Shown here: one piece after another, positions 1 to 12,800 of the stretch | Position numbering within the stretch: the stretch's first letter is position 1 | How the letters are laid out: every line of letters starts with the position of its first letter | NCBI GenBank assembly: GCA_012295275.1 | Contig: CM022670.1 | Span: 14,570,001 to 14,634,000, forward strand | DNA: 64,000 nt | From: Chrysomallon squamiferum | Lineage: Eukaryota; Animalia; Mollusca | Direction of reading: 5' to 3' | Position numbers and translations under genes: made by a program | Notes under the pieces: generated by a model | Told to the model about the DNA's origin: nothing | Databases searched by the model: none | The model's input: only the letters and a program-made list of their open reading frames with translations

Positions 1-2571
1 CAAATGCACACTGTGATGTGCAGTATGGAGATTGCGGTAATGGTAGATGTCAGGCAGGATGGAAGGGAACTGACTGTAGACAAGGTAACTGACTTTTCAC
101 GAATTTAGACACAAATATTTTTAAATGATTATACTCTGTAAGTTCAGCATGTGAAACATCTTTTCTGTATTTCTGTATATAAAAGCACAATAATAATACC
201 TTCCTTTACGACAGTTACTGATTTTAAAACATTTGACTTAAACATTTTAAAAATGTATATTTATTGACCTTAACGACAAATTACATTATGACAAAGAACA
301 TAAATTAAATGTATGTAATATTATTTTCGTAATGGATTACAATAATAAATAAGAAATGATTAAATCCAAAGATTTATTATAATGATTTATTATTTATTTT
401 TTACATTTCCCCAAATTAATTGTAAGGAGAACGTCTTTTTTATATTTTTGTTTGAAATTTGTAACTATTATAAGATAACAAATTTCATCATCATCACTAA
501 AACTATCACTAAATAGGGTAATAATAATAACTATCTTGTTTTCAGTGTAAGAAAACAAGAAAATATCTATCATTTTCCAACAAATACAATTGATTAACAG
601 TCCGAATATTAAATTTTAATTTCATGTTTTTGATAGATATTTGACTTCTTTATAGCCAACATAATATCTTAGCAATGACAAGTTACTATTTACGTTCTTT
701 TTTACTTTAGTAAATCATTATTATGTTTCCATTATGCAGATCTCTATCGACTTAAGGAGCTGTGTTATTAGTTTATCGCTTAGGCTAAATATCATCGCTC
801 TTAAAGACGTGTGTTGGGCTAATAATAAACAGTATTTTAACGTTGCTTTATAACTTTTCACTTTTGTAGAGGACATAATTCAGCTAATCTTTTTACTGTT
901 ACTAATATTACTACTACTACTACTACTACTAACACTACAACAACAACAACTACTACTACTACTACTACTAATAATAATAATAATAATTATAGTGGCTCTC
1001 AGGTATTATTAAGAATTAAGAATGGGTCACAAAAAGCATCTTCCATTAATTACTTGAATTATTATTTTTTATTTGTAAGCTTCTTTATTTATGTTCAAAT
1101 TTACTTTCAGTTTGTGCAGCGGGCACATACGGATTAAACTGTTCAACATTTCCTTGTTACGTAAAGTAGAAATGTCAGTAACAGTAAGTCAACAGACAGA
1201 TAACTAAGCCTTCTTCTTGCTTGTAATCAAACATATTTTGAAACACAAAAATAAAGAAATAACATGAATGTATGTTAAATAAAATGTTAAAAAGCGAATC
1301 TTTATTTAAAGTATGTTTTGTTTGTTTATTTTTCATACTTGCTCTGTTAGAATGCGATAACAGGTATGGAGAAAACTGCAGTTTACACTGTGAAGTCAGA
1401 CATTGTAAAGATGATAAATCTCCCTGTGATTCTCGTACTGGAGAATGTGTTGGAGGATGTAAACCTGGATGGTTTCACATTACTTGTACTCAACGTAAGA
1501 ATAGTTTCTGTCCTTCTTCTTTAGCACATAAAAGGTTTTCAAGCTGAACTGAAGTGACACTTTAATGAAGCGACAAACTAATTCAACTCGATTTGTCTAA
1601 TTTGGAATTTTACATAATAATAAAATAATAAACATTCATTTAATCAGTCATTTATTCGCTGAGTCATTCATTATTTCAAAGAATAGAAAAGTTAGGTATA
1701 TAAAAAAAAGATGTTCTATTTGCAGTCAGTAAATTTACGTCGTATTCGTGACTTTGTCTCATAATTTATAGCAGCGTTATAAGGAGAAAGGCCATAACAA
1801 ACTGTAAACATTTTAACTCAATACTTAGAATATCATAGAAACGTTGAAGCCATGCTTTGCCGTCATAGCATTATTAATCTGGACCTCTGTGATGATGACG
1901 ATGATCATCATCGTCATCATCATTATTATCATCATATTTTTCTTATGATCAAAGTCATCATGTGTATTTATAGGGATTATCTTATGTATAAAACAGTATT
2001 ATTTTCTTGAAAGCATCTTGAGTACAAAAAAATGATTCTGTACCTAATATTGTAGAATGTCCTTCTGGTAAATACGGAGATGGATGTTCACCTAACTGTG
2101 ATGAAAGACGTTGCTTTGGAGGACAGAAATGTGATTCAGAAACTGGACAATGTATTGATGGATGCATCCCTGGATGGGAAGGAATTTCATGTTCAGAAGG
2201 TATGTATGTATGTATGTGTGTGTGTGTGTATGTATGTATCAATGTGTGTGTATATATGTATACATCAGATCAAAGTTTTCCTATCGTTTTGGTAAAATGA
2301 ATATTCGTGCAAAATGCTTTAATGATATATATATATATATATATCAGTTTGTGCTTTAATTAATTAATTTATTTATCTATTTATCTATTTATGTATTTAT
2401 GCATTTGTTTATTTATTTATAATGATGATGATGATGATACTAATAATAATAATCATTATCATCGTCTACTCCTTCTTCTTCAGTGTACATTGTCTTTTTA
2501 TAATGACTTTTGTGTTGTTGCTGTAGTTCTTCTCCCTCTTTTTCTTCTTATCATCATCATCATCATCATCA

Positions 2572-2627
<56 letters not shown>

Positions 2628-3277
2628 ATTTTTAGTTTCATCAGAGAAAGAAACAGTGACAACCAAACCGTCGTCTGAAAAGACAACAATAACAGCTTTA
2701 TCAATTACAACAGGAATGCTATCTTTATTTGTGATAATTTTCATTGTTGTTATTATATGGTAAGTTTGAATTAAAGCAAAGCGCGGTTCTCTCTCGTAAC
2801 TGTAATAAGAAAACATTGATCGATGATAGTAGAGTTACATAGAAATTAGTTATTTCAAATGCAATAACCCACACATGAACCTTTATACTGATATGTTTTG
2901 AAGTCCCAATGTTATTAATATGTTTATTGGAATCAGGATTTTCAGCAGCCTAAACTGATTATTGTAACATCTTAATTTTTAGGCTGCTTCGGATTCGGAA
3001 TCGGTCAAACACCAGCGAACATACGGTATCGTTTGCCAAAAATGAAAGAACCCAGTCCAGAGCAGCAGCTACTTCATCAGCACTGTACGAAGTTCCTCAT
3101 GAAGACATGAGTCGAGCAACTAGAAATGATGATCAGAGGACTAAAACAGATGTGGCACAGTCAGACTATGAAAACACTTCATTCCAAGCTGATACCACTC
3201 AAGAAATAAATGATTATGATAAACTAGATACTGATGTTGCTGGACAGAGATCTCCATATGACAAAATTAAAACGTAA
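1..3277 (+). CDS. Gene A (5'-truncated by the window): EGF-repeat single-pass receptor with ITAM-like tail
   Basis: Exons <1-84 (EGF3-type), 1351-1494 (ECDNRYGENC...), 2056-2199 (ECPSGKYGDGC...), 2636-2759 (stalk+TM ...TITALSITTGMLSLFVIIFIVVIIW), 2983-3277 (tail ending ...DYDKLDTDVAGQRSPYDKIKT*, TAA 3275-3277). All junctions are GT-AG with compatible phases. AATAAA at 3370-3375. Confidence 0.85.
1111..1169 (+). pseudogene. Truncated EGF pseudo-exon in gene A
   Basis: A good acceptor (ttactttcag) is followed by CAAGTYGLNCSTFPCYVK*, the start of an EGF module that then breaks off. Confidence 0.55.
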
Positions 3278-5339
3278 TACAAAAATCTATTTGTATTTCT
3301 GAATGTTCTGGCAAAACTGGAGAAAGTCCAATGTTTATATCACAAATGTCAATACGCTGAAATCTGTAAAATAAAGAACGATGTTATTACCTAGCTGATA
3401 TCAGATATTTTTAAAATATAAATGGTCAAACAACTATTATAAATATTAGATTTCATATTCAGTAAAACAGTATTATATATCACTGTATTTGTTTTATATT
3501 TTGAAACAACAGTTCTACAAATTAGATTACTTACTCAGATGTATCTCACACATCTTATTTTCCGTATTTAATTACTTGCTTATATTATCTTCTTACATTT
3601 CGCAATACAGTCACAACACGACTGTCAGTTAATATGCATTTTACTTCCCTTGTTTTCTTTACTTTATACATTCCGACACACACACACACACTTACACACA
3701 CACATACATATACCTATACTTGCATACATACAGATATTCACACTCACGTATACATATATATACATACACACGCATATATGCATACACACATACATACATA
3801 CATATATAATACATATATACATACATACATATATAAAGGCATGTATACAGAACTTAAATAATTATACATTGCATTAGTGCATGTTTCGAGTTCAATATTT
3901 TAAACGTCAAACTATAATATCTGTATGTATTTTTTACTTTGTAAACAAGGAACAAAAGCTAATACGCCAAAGGTAAAACGTCACTTTACCCTGCGTAACA
4001 GTTGACACATATAACAGACAAAAAAAAAGACAAAAAAGTGAACGTCATATATCATTTTACCATACGTCATCTTTTCATCGTGTTATGGGAATAACCTGCT
4101 GTTCTCTATTCAGATTTAGCCTGTATTATTTTGAGATTACTCGTATTCGAATGGTCGTTATTATAACCCTTTAACGAGAGTGTAGTAAGTAAAATTGTGA
4201 TGAAAGGGTTTCTGTGTTGCGCAAACGTGTTTTTCTAGATGACAGTTTAATTCTCCACAGATAAGCTTGTTCTGGATAAGTCCTTATTTTCTAGTATTTT
4301 GTTCAATAGCAGAACCAGGACAAACCTTAAGTAATAAAAAATAATGTGATTTAATTTACTCTTCCAAATTTAACTTTTAATAGATTATTGCGTGTCGATT
4401 TGAAAGCTTCAGCCATGTGAAACGTGACTGTGCTCATTAGAGGTTCAAGAGAGCATATCTTGCCCCACGTTAACCAGGAGAAAGTGTTTTCTGTCCAACA
4501 GTTTGTTAGTGTGTTAGTGTGTTAGTAGATTACCGATAATGTATAAATGAATTTTTTAACAACAGTATGAAACAATAGTACATGAGTTGTTAGGTCTGAC
4601 ACAGAATATATTATTACTAAAAACTGATAAATCTTTTATTTAACTGCAGTGTTACAATCTGATAAGTTACAGCTGGTTAACACAGTGTTCAGTTATCGAA
4701 TAATGCACTGTCCGGTACTACTTGACCTGTGGTATAAAACTGTGGTGTGTATTTTCCTACTGATTTATGGTATGTGAATTTAAAATTTATCCTGCTGTTA
4801 ACTGAACAGATATAGCATCATTATCATAATTATCATCGCTCTTTGTTACTTTTCCTGTCTAGCTACGCGGGAAGGCGAACTCTGAAAAGAAATATCTAAT
4901 GTACAAGTAGCTGTATGCAGTGAAATTTATTGCATAAATAAGATTTTATTAGTTATAAATTAAATATATATCATTTCTGATGATGATGACGATGGAATAT
5001 TATATCAGTATTATTAATAATAATAATGCAAAGAAGAAAAACAAAAAGGACAACAAGATTAACAACAACAACAACGACAAATAATAATAATAATAATAAT
5101 ATTAACAACAACTGCTGAGGCTCATTTTACATACTATATTGCATATAAAGAACAATTGCTAAAATTTCGACATCTTTTATTTACATTTATTTTTATAATT
5201 TCACGTTAGTCCCGATTCGTATTATCAGAAGTAGAGATGAGGCTGTAGCTAGTACTTTATTCGGGTACTATATATAAACAAGAAAACATAAATACTAATA
5301 CTATTTTCGATTCTAGTAGAGTTATTGTATTTGATGAAA

Positions 5340-5640
5340 ATTACAACGATAATTACTATTTATGGATATTCATAACACGAAATATAAACACGAAATACAA
5401 CGAGGATTACCATACTATAACATAAACAATAACAATATCTATTACAACGACATTACCATACTAATACAAAGAACTACTAGTAATAAATATTACCATATAT
5501 AACATAAACAACAATGATGCTACAAAGAGGATTATCATGCTATAACACAAACAATAGCAATATCTACTACAAAGAGGTGTTCCATTCTGAAACACAAACA
5601 ACAGCCACTAGTACAACAATGCAGATTACCATACCGCTAC
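5340..5640 (+). repeat. Degenerate ~30-45-bp minisatellite with core (g)gattaccat(a/g)cta..ataaacaac (copies also ~16690-17080, 18530-18940, 28310-28720, 30720-31110)
   Basis: Repeated GATTACCAT cores separated by (CAA)/(CTA)-rich linkers, about 300-600 bp upstream of the signal-peptide exons. Confidence 0.75.
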
Positions 5641-5912
5641 TCCCAATGCATTTACACATGCACACTCAGACACGCACACACACATACAAACACACATACA
5701 CATAAACACTCACATTATAAAGAGATAAACACAGCTAACTATGGCACACACAGTATGACTCGTATAGTTGGGAAACATACACACACAACATGCATAATGC
5801 AGTTTCAAGCGATATTAGAACATGTATTCTGTTACTCTTATACAAACACAATGATTAGTGCGGGGCTTTCTGTATTTCTTCCTCGGTGACAACATTAAAT
5901 ACTTTCAACACT

Positions 5913-7962
5913 ATGGCCACGTTACGGATATATTCACATGTTCTAGTTTATTTTGTATTTATTTTAGAAACAGGACAGATATTTGCGTCTTTTGGTAAGT
6001 AATAAAATACTTCATTATTAAACATTTTCAAGTAACCTTGTGCTTGCTTATACATCGTCGTGTAGTAATGTCGTCTCGTGCTTTTATACAGCTAAACTAA
6101 TATACAGTGTCAGATGAGTGAGTTTATGTGTTGCTAGGAAATTAAAACAGGTGAAGAGAGAAACATGTAAGATATTTAGAGAAATGTATAGGAAGACAGG
6201 AAAATATATTTAATATTAGACATAAAGTTATCAAGACGAAAGAAGGATGACAGCAGACAAACTGATACACTTAGAATAAAGGTGAAAAGAGTTATTGCCA
6301 CTTCTACTACTTCTACTACTACTATTAAGAATACTTCTACTATTACTACTACTGCTGCTACTATTTTACTAGACCCTGTGCTACTGTTGCTATTACTGTT
6401 ACTGCTGCTACTAATACAACAATTACAGCCACAATTACTGCTGGTATTGCTCTTACGGGTAGCAGTACTACTACCATGCTACTATGTCTGATGTTCGCAG
6501 TATAATTGCGCAGATTCAAACTGACAGACTGTTTTTAACTTGATGATTAAACTCAGTCGTGTCTTCTTTCACAAGTCCTTATTCTGACCCAGATAACTGC
6601 TATTGACCTAAATTACGTTTTATCTTCGAAAAATAACCTGTCACGCAAACTGATATAATTATCAGGTTAAAATTTTAAAATTGTGAATCATTCATTTCCT
6701 TTTAATATATGTGCGTGTATATGTATGTATGTGCACACATACACACAAACACACACACACATATATATCTTTAGCAAGTACAATAGTTTCTACTTTCCAA
6801 ATAATATATGTACATATCCATTTATGAATGCATGTTTGTATGAATGCATGCAAATGTGTATTTATATTTTTATAAAGTTAAATAATGTGTCCTTATTGTA
6901 GTAGCAGTATACACACACACACATACCTATATATATATATATATTAAGAGAGAGAGAGAGAAAGAGGTGGGTTTCCAGAAAATACAGTAATATGCAAATA
7001 ATAACTTAGCTATATAAATATTATATAAACATTAATCACTTAACTATTTACATATCTTGTCTTTCAACTTTGGAGTAAAAGTAAGTAATAATAGCAATAC
7101 GTATAATCATACAAAATAATTTACGTCATGGTATACTGAAAGATCCAAATGTACACATTATTTATCTCTATTGCAGTTAACGTAGCTCTACACAAACCGG
7201 TCTACCAGAGTTCTTACGAAGATAAAAACGGTTTTGATCCAGCTAGAGCTGTAGATGGCGTAAGAAGCGGAGACTGGCACCAGATTATTCTTACAGCTAC
7301 AAACAGAAAGTACACATGGTTTGAAGTGGATCTGAAAAATACGTACTTTGTTTTTGAAGTTAAAATCTACTTTAGATATGATTGTAAGTAAAACTGTTCC
7401 TGCTTTCAACATTGTTACATTATTTTATCCACACACATTTGAACAAACGCACATACAAACATATGTACATACATAAATACATACATGTATATATGTGTGT
7501 GTATGTGTGTGTGTGTGTGTGTATGTGTGTGTATAATAAACAGCAACAGGTCACTCGGTGTTATGTCAGCATATGTGTTAAGCACGAATTAATTATTATA
7601 CAAATGAATACACCCGATACTATGAGGAACATTATTTGAAATACTGGTTTTATATATTACTTGATATCAATGGATGATTAAACAAAATGTAGAAACAACG
7701 TATGGTTTTTTGTTGCAAAACCACTCTGTTAGAGCTGTAGATGGTGTAAAACACGGACATTATGAGCAGTGTATTAATACAGCTACAAACAAAAATTACA
7801 CATGGTTTGAAGTGGATCTGAAAAATACGTACTTTGTTTTTGAAGTTAAAATCTACTTTAGATATGACTGTAAGTAAAACTGTTCCTGCTTTCAACATTG
7901 TTACATTATTTTATCCACAGAGATTTGAACACACGCATATACATACATATGAACATACATAA

Positions 7963-8010
<48 letters not shown>

Positions 8011-9788
8011 AATAAACAGCAACAGGTCACTCGGTGTTATGTCAGCATATGTGTTAAGCACGAATTAATTATTATAGAGACCAATAAACCCGATACTAGC
8101 AGGAACATTATTTGAAATACAGGTTTTATATATTACTTGATATCAATGGATGAATAAACAAAATGAAGAAACAACGTATGTTTTTTTGTTGGAAAACCAC
8201 TGTGTGATGTGAAAGAGAAGGCCTACAGCTACACTAAGTGATAAACAAGATGTTGCTTTTGTTGTATTGGCTGTGAATCTTTTTATAAACATAATAGATT
8301 AATCATTTATTATATTAATATATTGTTTTAGATACGTTGAGAAGAAATGGTGTACAGGTGTATGCTAACACAGCGGCACATGCATCTAATACAGGTCATC
8401 TGTGTGGTAGTGTTACTGGTAGCAAAAATGAAATTGTGAACATCACTTGTAACGTCAACGCTAGATACGTGACTGTTTATCAAGGAACAGATAATGGAGG
8501 GTCAACAGCACTGGACTTTGTGGAACTTGAGGTGTACAGTAAGTAAAAACGAATTTAACATATTTCATTTCGTATGATATTGCCAATATTTTATCATCAT
8601 CACTTTGTCATCATTTACATCTAATCATCGTCATTATGGTCTTTATTATGGTCCAACTTTCGAGTTTTCCGAGTTTTTTGCTTTTAGTTGCAAGCCAAAA
8701 TCCGCGTTACGAGCGAGCTTCAGCCACGCCGCCACTAGTTGTCGCAAGCAACAACACAACATCACGTGGTTACCTCGCCGTGGAAGCATCTCTGTTTTTA
8801 TTCTAGTGTTTTGTGCAGTATTTTGCCAAATTACCATGGATCCTAAGAAGGTGAGTGCAAAGGACAGTACTGAGAAGAAGAAGGGATATGATGTCCATTG
8901 CTTTAAAGCATGAAATAATAGACAAAAAATGAGCGAAGTGTGCGTGTAATCAACAGGGCTAGGCAGTACAAACATATGTACCAAACTGTAGCAGAAAGAG
9001 TCGGTAAAGGCTATAACTCTAGCCAAAGGCGTTAAAATAATTTATAAGCTGTGAATCTGTGTTCATGAAAAGATGTAGAACCCTAATTCTGTACACTTTA
9101 CAAAACCAGTTTATTTCTTTACATTCTCTTTTATTTTGCTTTTATACAATATTTGTTATTTGTACATACATTTTTCTGACGTTACAAAAAGTTGGGGTGG
9201 TTTTTGGGGAGCTGGAACGGATTAATGGTATTTCAATTAATTTCATTTGGGAACGTTCATTTGATATACGAGCAAATTGAACTCGTAAGTCATATATATA
9301 TATAATACAAAAATAAGCAAAACTAAATAATAAATACATAATGAATAAATAAAATTAATAAAAAAACAAGATCAAAGAGGTAACTACCAGCAGAAAATAC
9401 TATTACTTACACACTTAGAAATACAATTTAATTGATATTTCTTGCATAATTACTACTACTACTACTACTACTACTATTACTATTACTACTACTACTACTA
9501 CTATTACTACTACTACTATTACAACTATTATTACTATTACCATTACTACTACTACTACTATTACTACTACTACTACTATTACTACTACTACTACTATTAC
9601 TGCTGCCGCTTCTGCTGCTGCTACTTTTTTGAAATCATTTTAAGATAATTTATCATAAAAACACATTTGGTAGAAATGTTTTGTTTTTTTTTCTTTTTTG
9701 CGTTATTATTACTATTCTTTTTTTCAGTTCTGTATTTCATTTTCATTATTTATTTATTTTATTTATTATTATTATTATTATTATTACT

Positions 9789-9820
<32 letters not shown>

Positions 9821-12800
9821 TTAATTAATTAATTAATTTATTTATTTTATTATTTATTTATTTATTTTTATTATTATTATTTTTTTCATTAACCTCACAG
9901 ATACGTACATTCACTAATAATGGTGTTCTGGGGTTTTTTTGTGTTTTTTATATTGATCAGCCTGTCAGACAGGATATTATGATTCTAGTTGTGACAAGTT
10001 GTGTAGCCGTCGACACTGTCAACAGAACTCTCCATGTCCTGCTGACACTGGATCATGTACTGGTGGATGTCAGACTGGATGGACTGGATCTGATTGTATT
10101 CAAGGTACATATAATACCTGGCTCTCTTGTAAACATGTTCTTTAGCCTGATATACCATATTTGTTTGACATGTATATTTTGTTTGTATATTACACAGTAT
10201 TATCCACACTGTTGTACAATCATTAATTTTCCCACTGTAAGATCACAGTGTATCCATTATAAAATTTTAAACACTGAATATATGAAATTAGTTTTCGAAA
10301 ACCTTGAACAGAATTCAATGTTTCAGAAACAGTTATTTTAATAGAATGAATGTTTAATTAGTCACCCATCACAGGAACATGGTTATCAGTATAATTATCT
10401 GCCGCAAGCTGAACGTACCTTACTTATAACGATATCTGAATTCTTGGTAGTGTGCATTTTAGTTTATTAATTTATCATTCAGTCTAGGTTTCTTTTGAAA
10501 TATCGTTTCTATCGTATGAATTATACATCATTAATCACTATGATATACTTTAGTTTAATTTTATTTTGTAATCTGACTGGTTTACATCCAATGTCAAACA
10601 TTTTGTACACGAACTGACTTTAGTCAAGCTTCACGTCTTTTAACATATTTATAAGAATAAGAATATTTATGTAATAATTTATATGTTTGTTTTAAATATA
10701 TTTCGTTATTTGCCGCATTGCATTTAGTAGTCTTTAGTAGAAATATGATACGTTATAACATCTAACTGTATTTACACATATATGGTATAGCACTGTGTTT
10801 TAACTTCTGACTCTAATCATATATAACATCTAATTATAGTTACATATATATGGTATAACACTGTGTTTCAACTTCTGACTCTAATCCTATATTATTTCTT
10901 TTCCAGCCTGTACACGTCACATCAATTACGGACCAAACTGCATTAAACTGTGTCAGAATCGTCATTGTGCTTTAGAAAACCCACCCTGCGACATCTACCG
11001 TGGGGACTGTGGTACCAGTGGATGTCAGGCAAGCTGGAAAGGAACTGACTCTACTCAAGGTTTACTTCTTTTACATAGTTTTCTAATTGTAAATACATTC
11101 ATGCAACTGTTGAGTTAGATTTCCAGTTAAATTTATTTTAATTAATTGTTTTAGAAGACTACTCTTTTAAAGTTTTTCTTTTTAACAGAAGTACAGTGTA
11201 TATGTATTGACTATAGCTGTATTATGTTTATTTCTTTGATTTATCTGTCAACTAATTATCTGACTGAATATGTTTAAATCATTAGGTTTAACAATTATTT
11301 GATGTTTGATCAAGCATTACTAATCATTTGAACGTTGTTTTATGTTGGACTTTAGTGCACGCTTATCTTTTCTTATACCATTATTACCAATGTGAATTCG
11401 TCATTGTTATATGTTCGTACTAATCACTTTAACATGTTTTTACGTAGCACTTTATTGCACGCTCATATTCTGTTATTCCATTTTCACAGATATTAATCAT
11501 ATTTATGTTGGTTTTAATTGTTAATCTCTTTCCAGCATGTACATCTCAATCTACTTACGGACCTAACTGTAATAAAAATTGTAAAGATCGTCACTGTGCT
11601 TCAACAAATGCACCCTGTGATGTGCAGTATGGAGATTGCGGTAATGGTAAATGTCAGGCAGGATGGAAGGGAACCGACTGTACACAAGGTAACTGAATTT
11701 TCACGAATTGTGAGACAAATATTTTTAAATGATTATACTTTGTAAGTTCAGCATGTGAAACATATTTTCTGTATTTCTGTATATAAAAGCACAATAATAA
11801 TACCTTCCTTTACGACAGTTACTGATTTTAAAACATCTGACTTAAACATTTTAAACATGTATATTTATTGACCTTAACGACAAATTACATTATGACAAAG
11901 AAAATAAATCAAATGTATGTAATATTATTTTCGTAATGGATTACAATAATTAACACGAAATTATTAAATCCAAAGAGTTATTATAATGATTTATGATTTA
12001 TTATATACATTTCCTCAAATTAATTATGTCAAGAAGTGTGGAAAAGAACTGACTGTAGAATAGATGCATGTCTTTTACATATTTGTTCTAACTTAGATAC
12101 ACTCACTGGATTATAAAATTAATTATAACAGCTACATTTGTATATATATATATATATATATATTTAGTAGAAATATGAAAGGTTATAACAACTAATTGTA
12201 GATATATGTAAATGGTAAAACACTGAATTTTAGCTTCTGTACTCAAGGTTTATGTCTTTTACATGGTTTTCTAATTGTAAATACATTCACGTAACTGTGG
12301 AGTTAGATTTTCAGTTAATTGTATTTTACTTAACTCTACTAGAAGACTACTCTTTTAAAGTTTTTCTTTTTAACAGAAGTACAGTGCATATGTATTAATC
12401 TTTGCTGTATTTTTTTTATTTCTTGACTTATCTGTCAACTAATTCTCTGACTGTCTATATGTAAATCGTTATTTTTAGCACTTGATGTTTGACCGTGCAT
12501 TGCTAGTCATTTCAAAATGCTTTTATGTTGGGATCCAGTGCACGCTTTTCTTTTCTTATATCATTATTATTCGTGAAATCGTCATTGCTGTATGTTCGTA
12601 CTAATCACTTTAACATGTTTTTACGTAGCACTTTTTTGCACGTTCACATTTTCTTATGCCATTTTAACAGATATTAATCATATTTATGTTGGTTTTAATT
12701 GTTAATTTTAAAAATGAATATTTACTGACCTTATCGACAAATTACATTATGACAAAGAAAATAAATTAAATGTATATATTATTATTTTCGTAATGGATTA

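Noticed and set aside
2391-2816. ORF-track proteins with poly-[12 protein letters not shown] or RERE runs here and throughout the window
   Set aside because: They are translations of intronic microsatellites, or antisense and off-frame shadows of real exons.
5340-5640. GATTACCAT repeats with variable linkers as a CRISPR-like array
   Set aside because: The repeats are degenerate, the linkers are low-complexity and related to each other, there are no cas genes, and the context is spliceosomal-intron eukaryotic DNA. It is a minisatellite.
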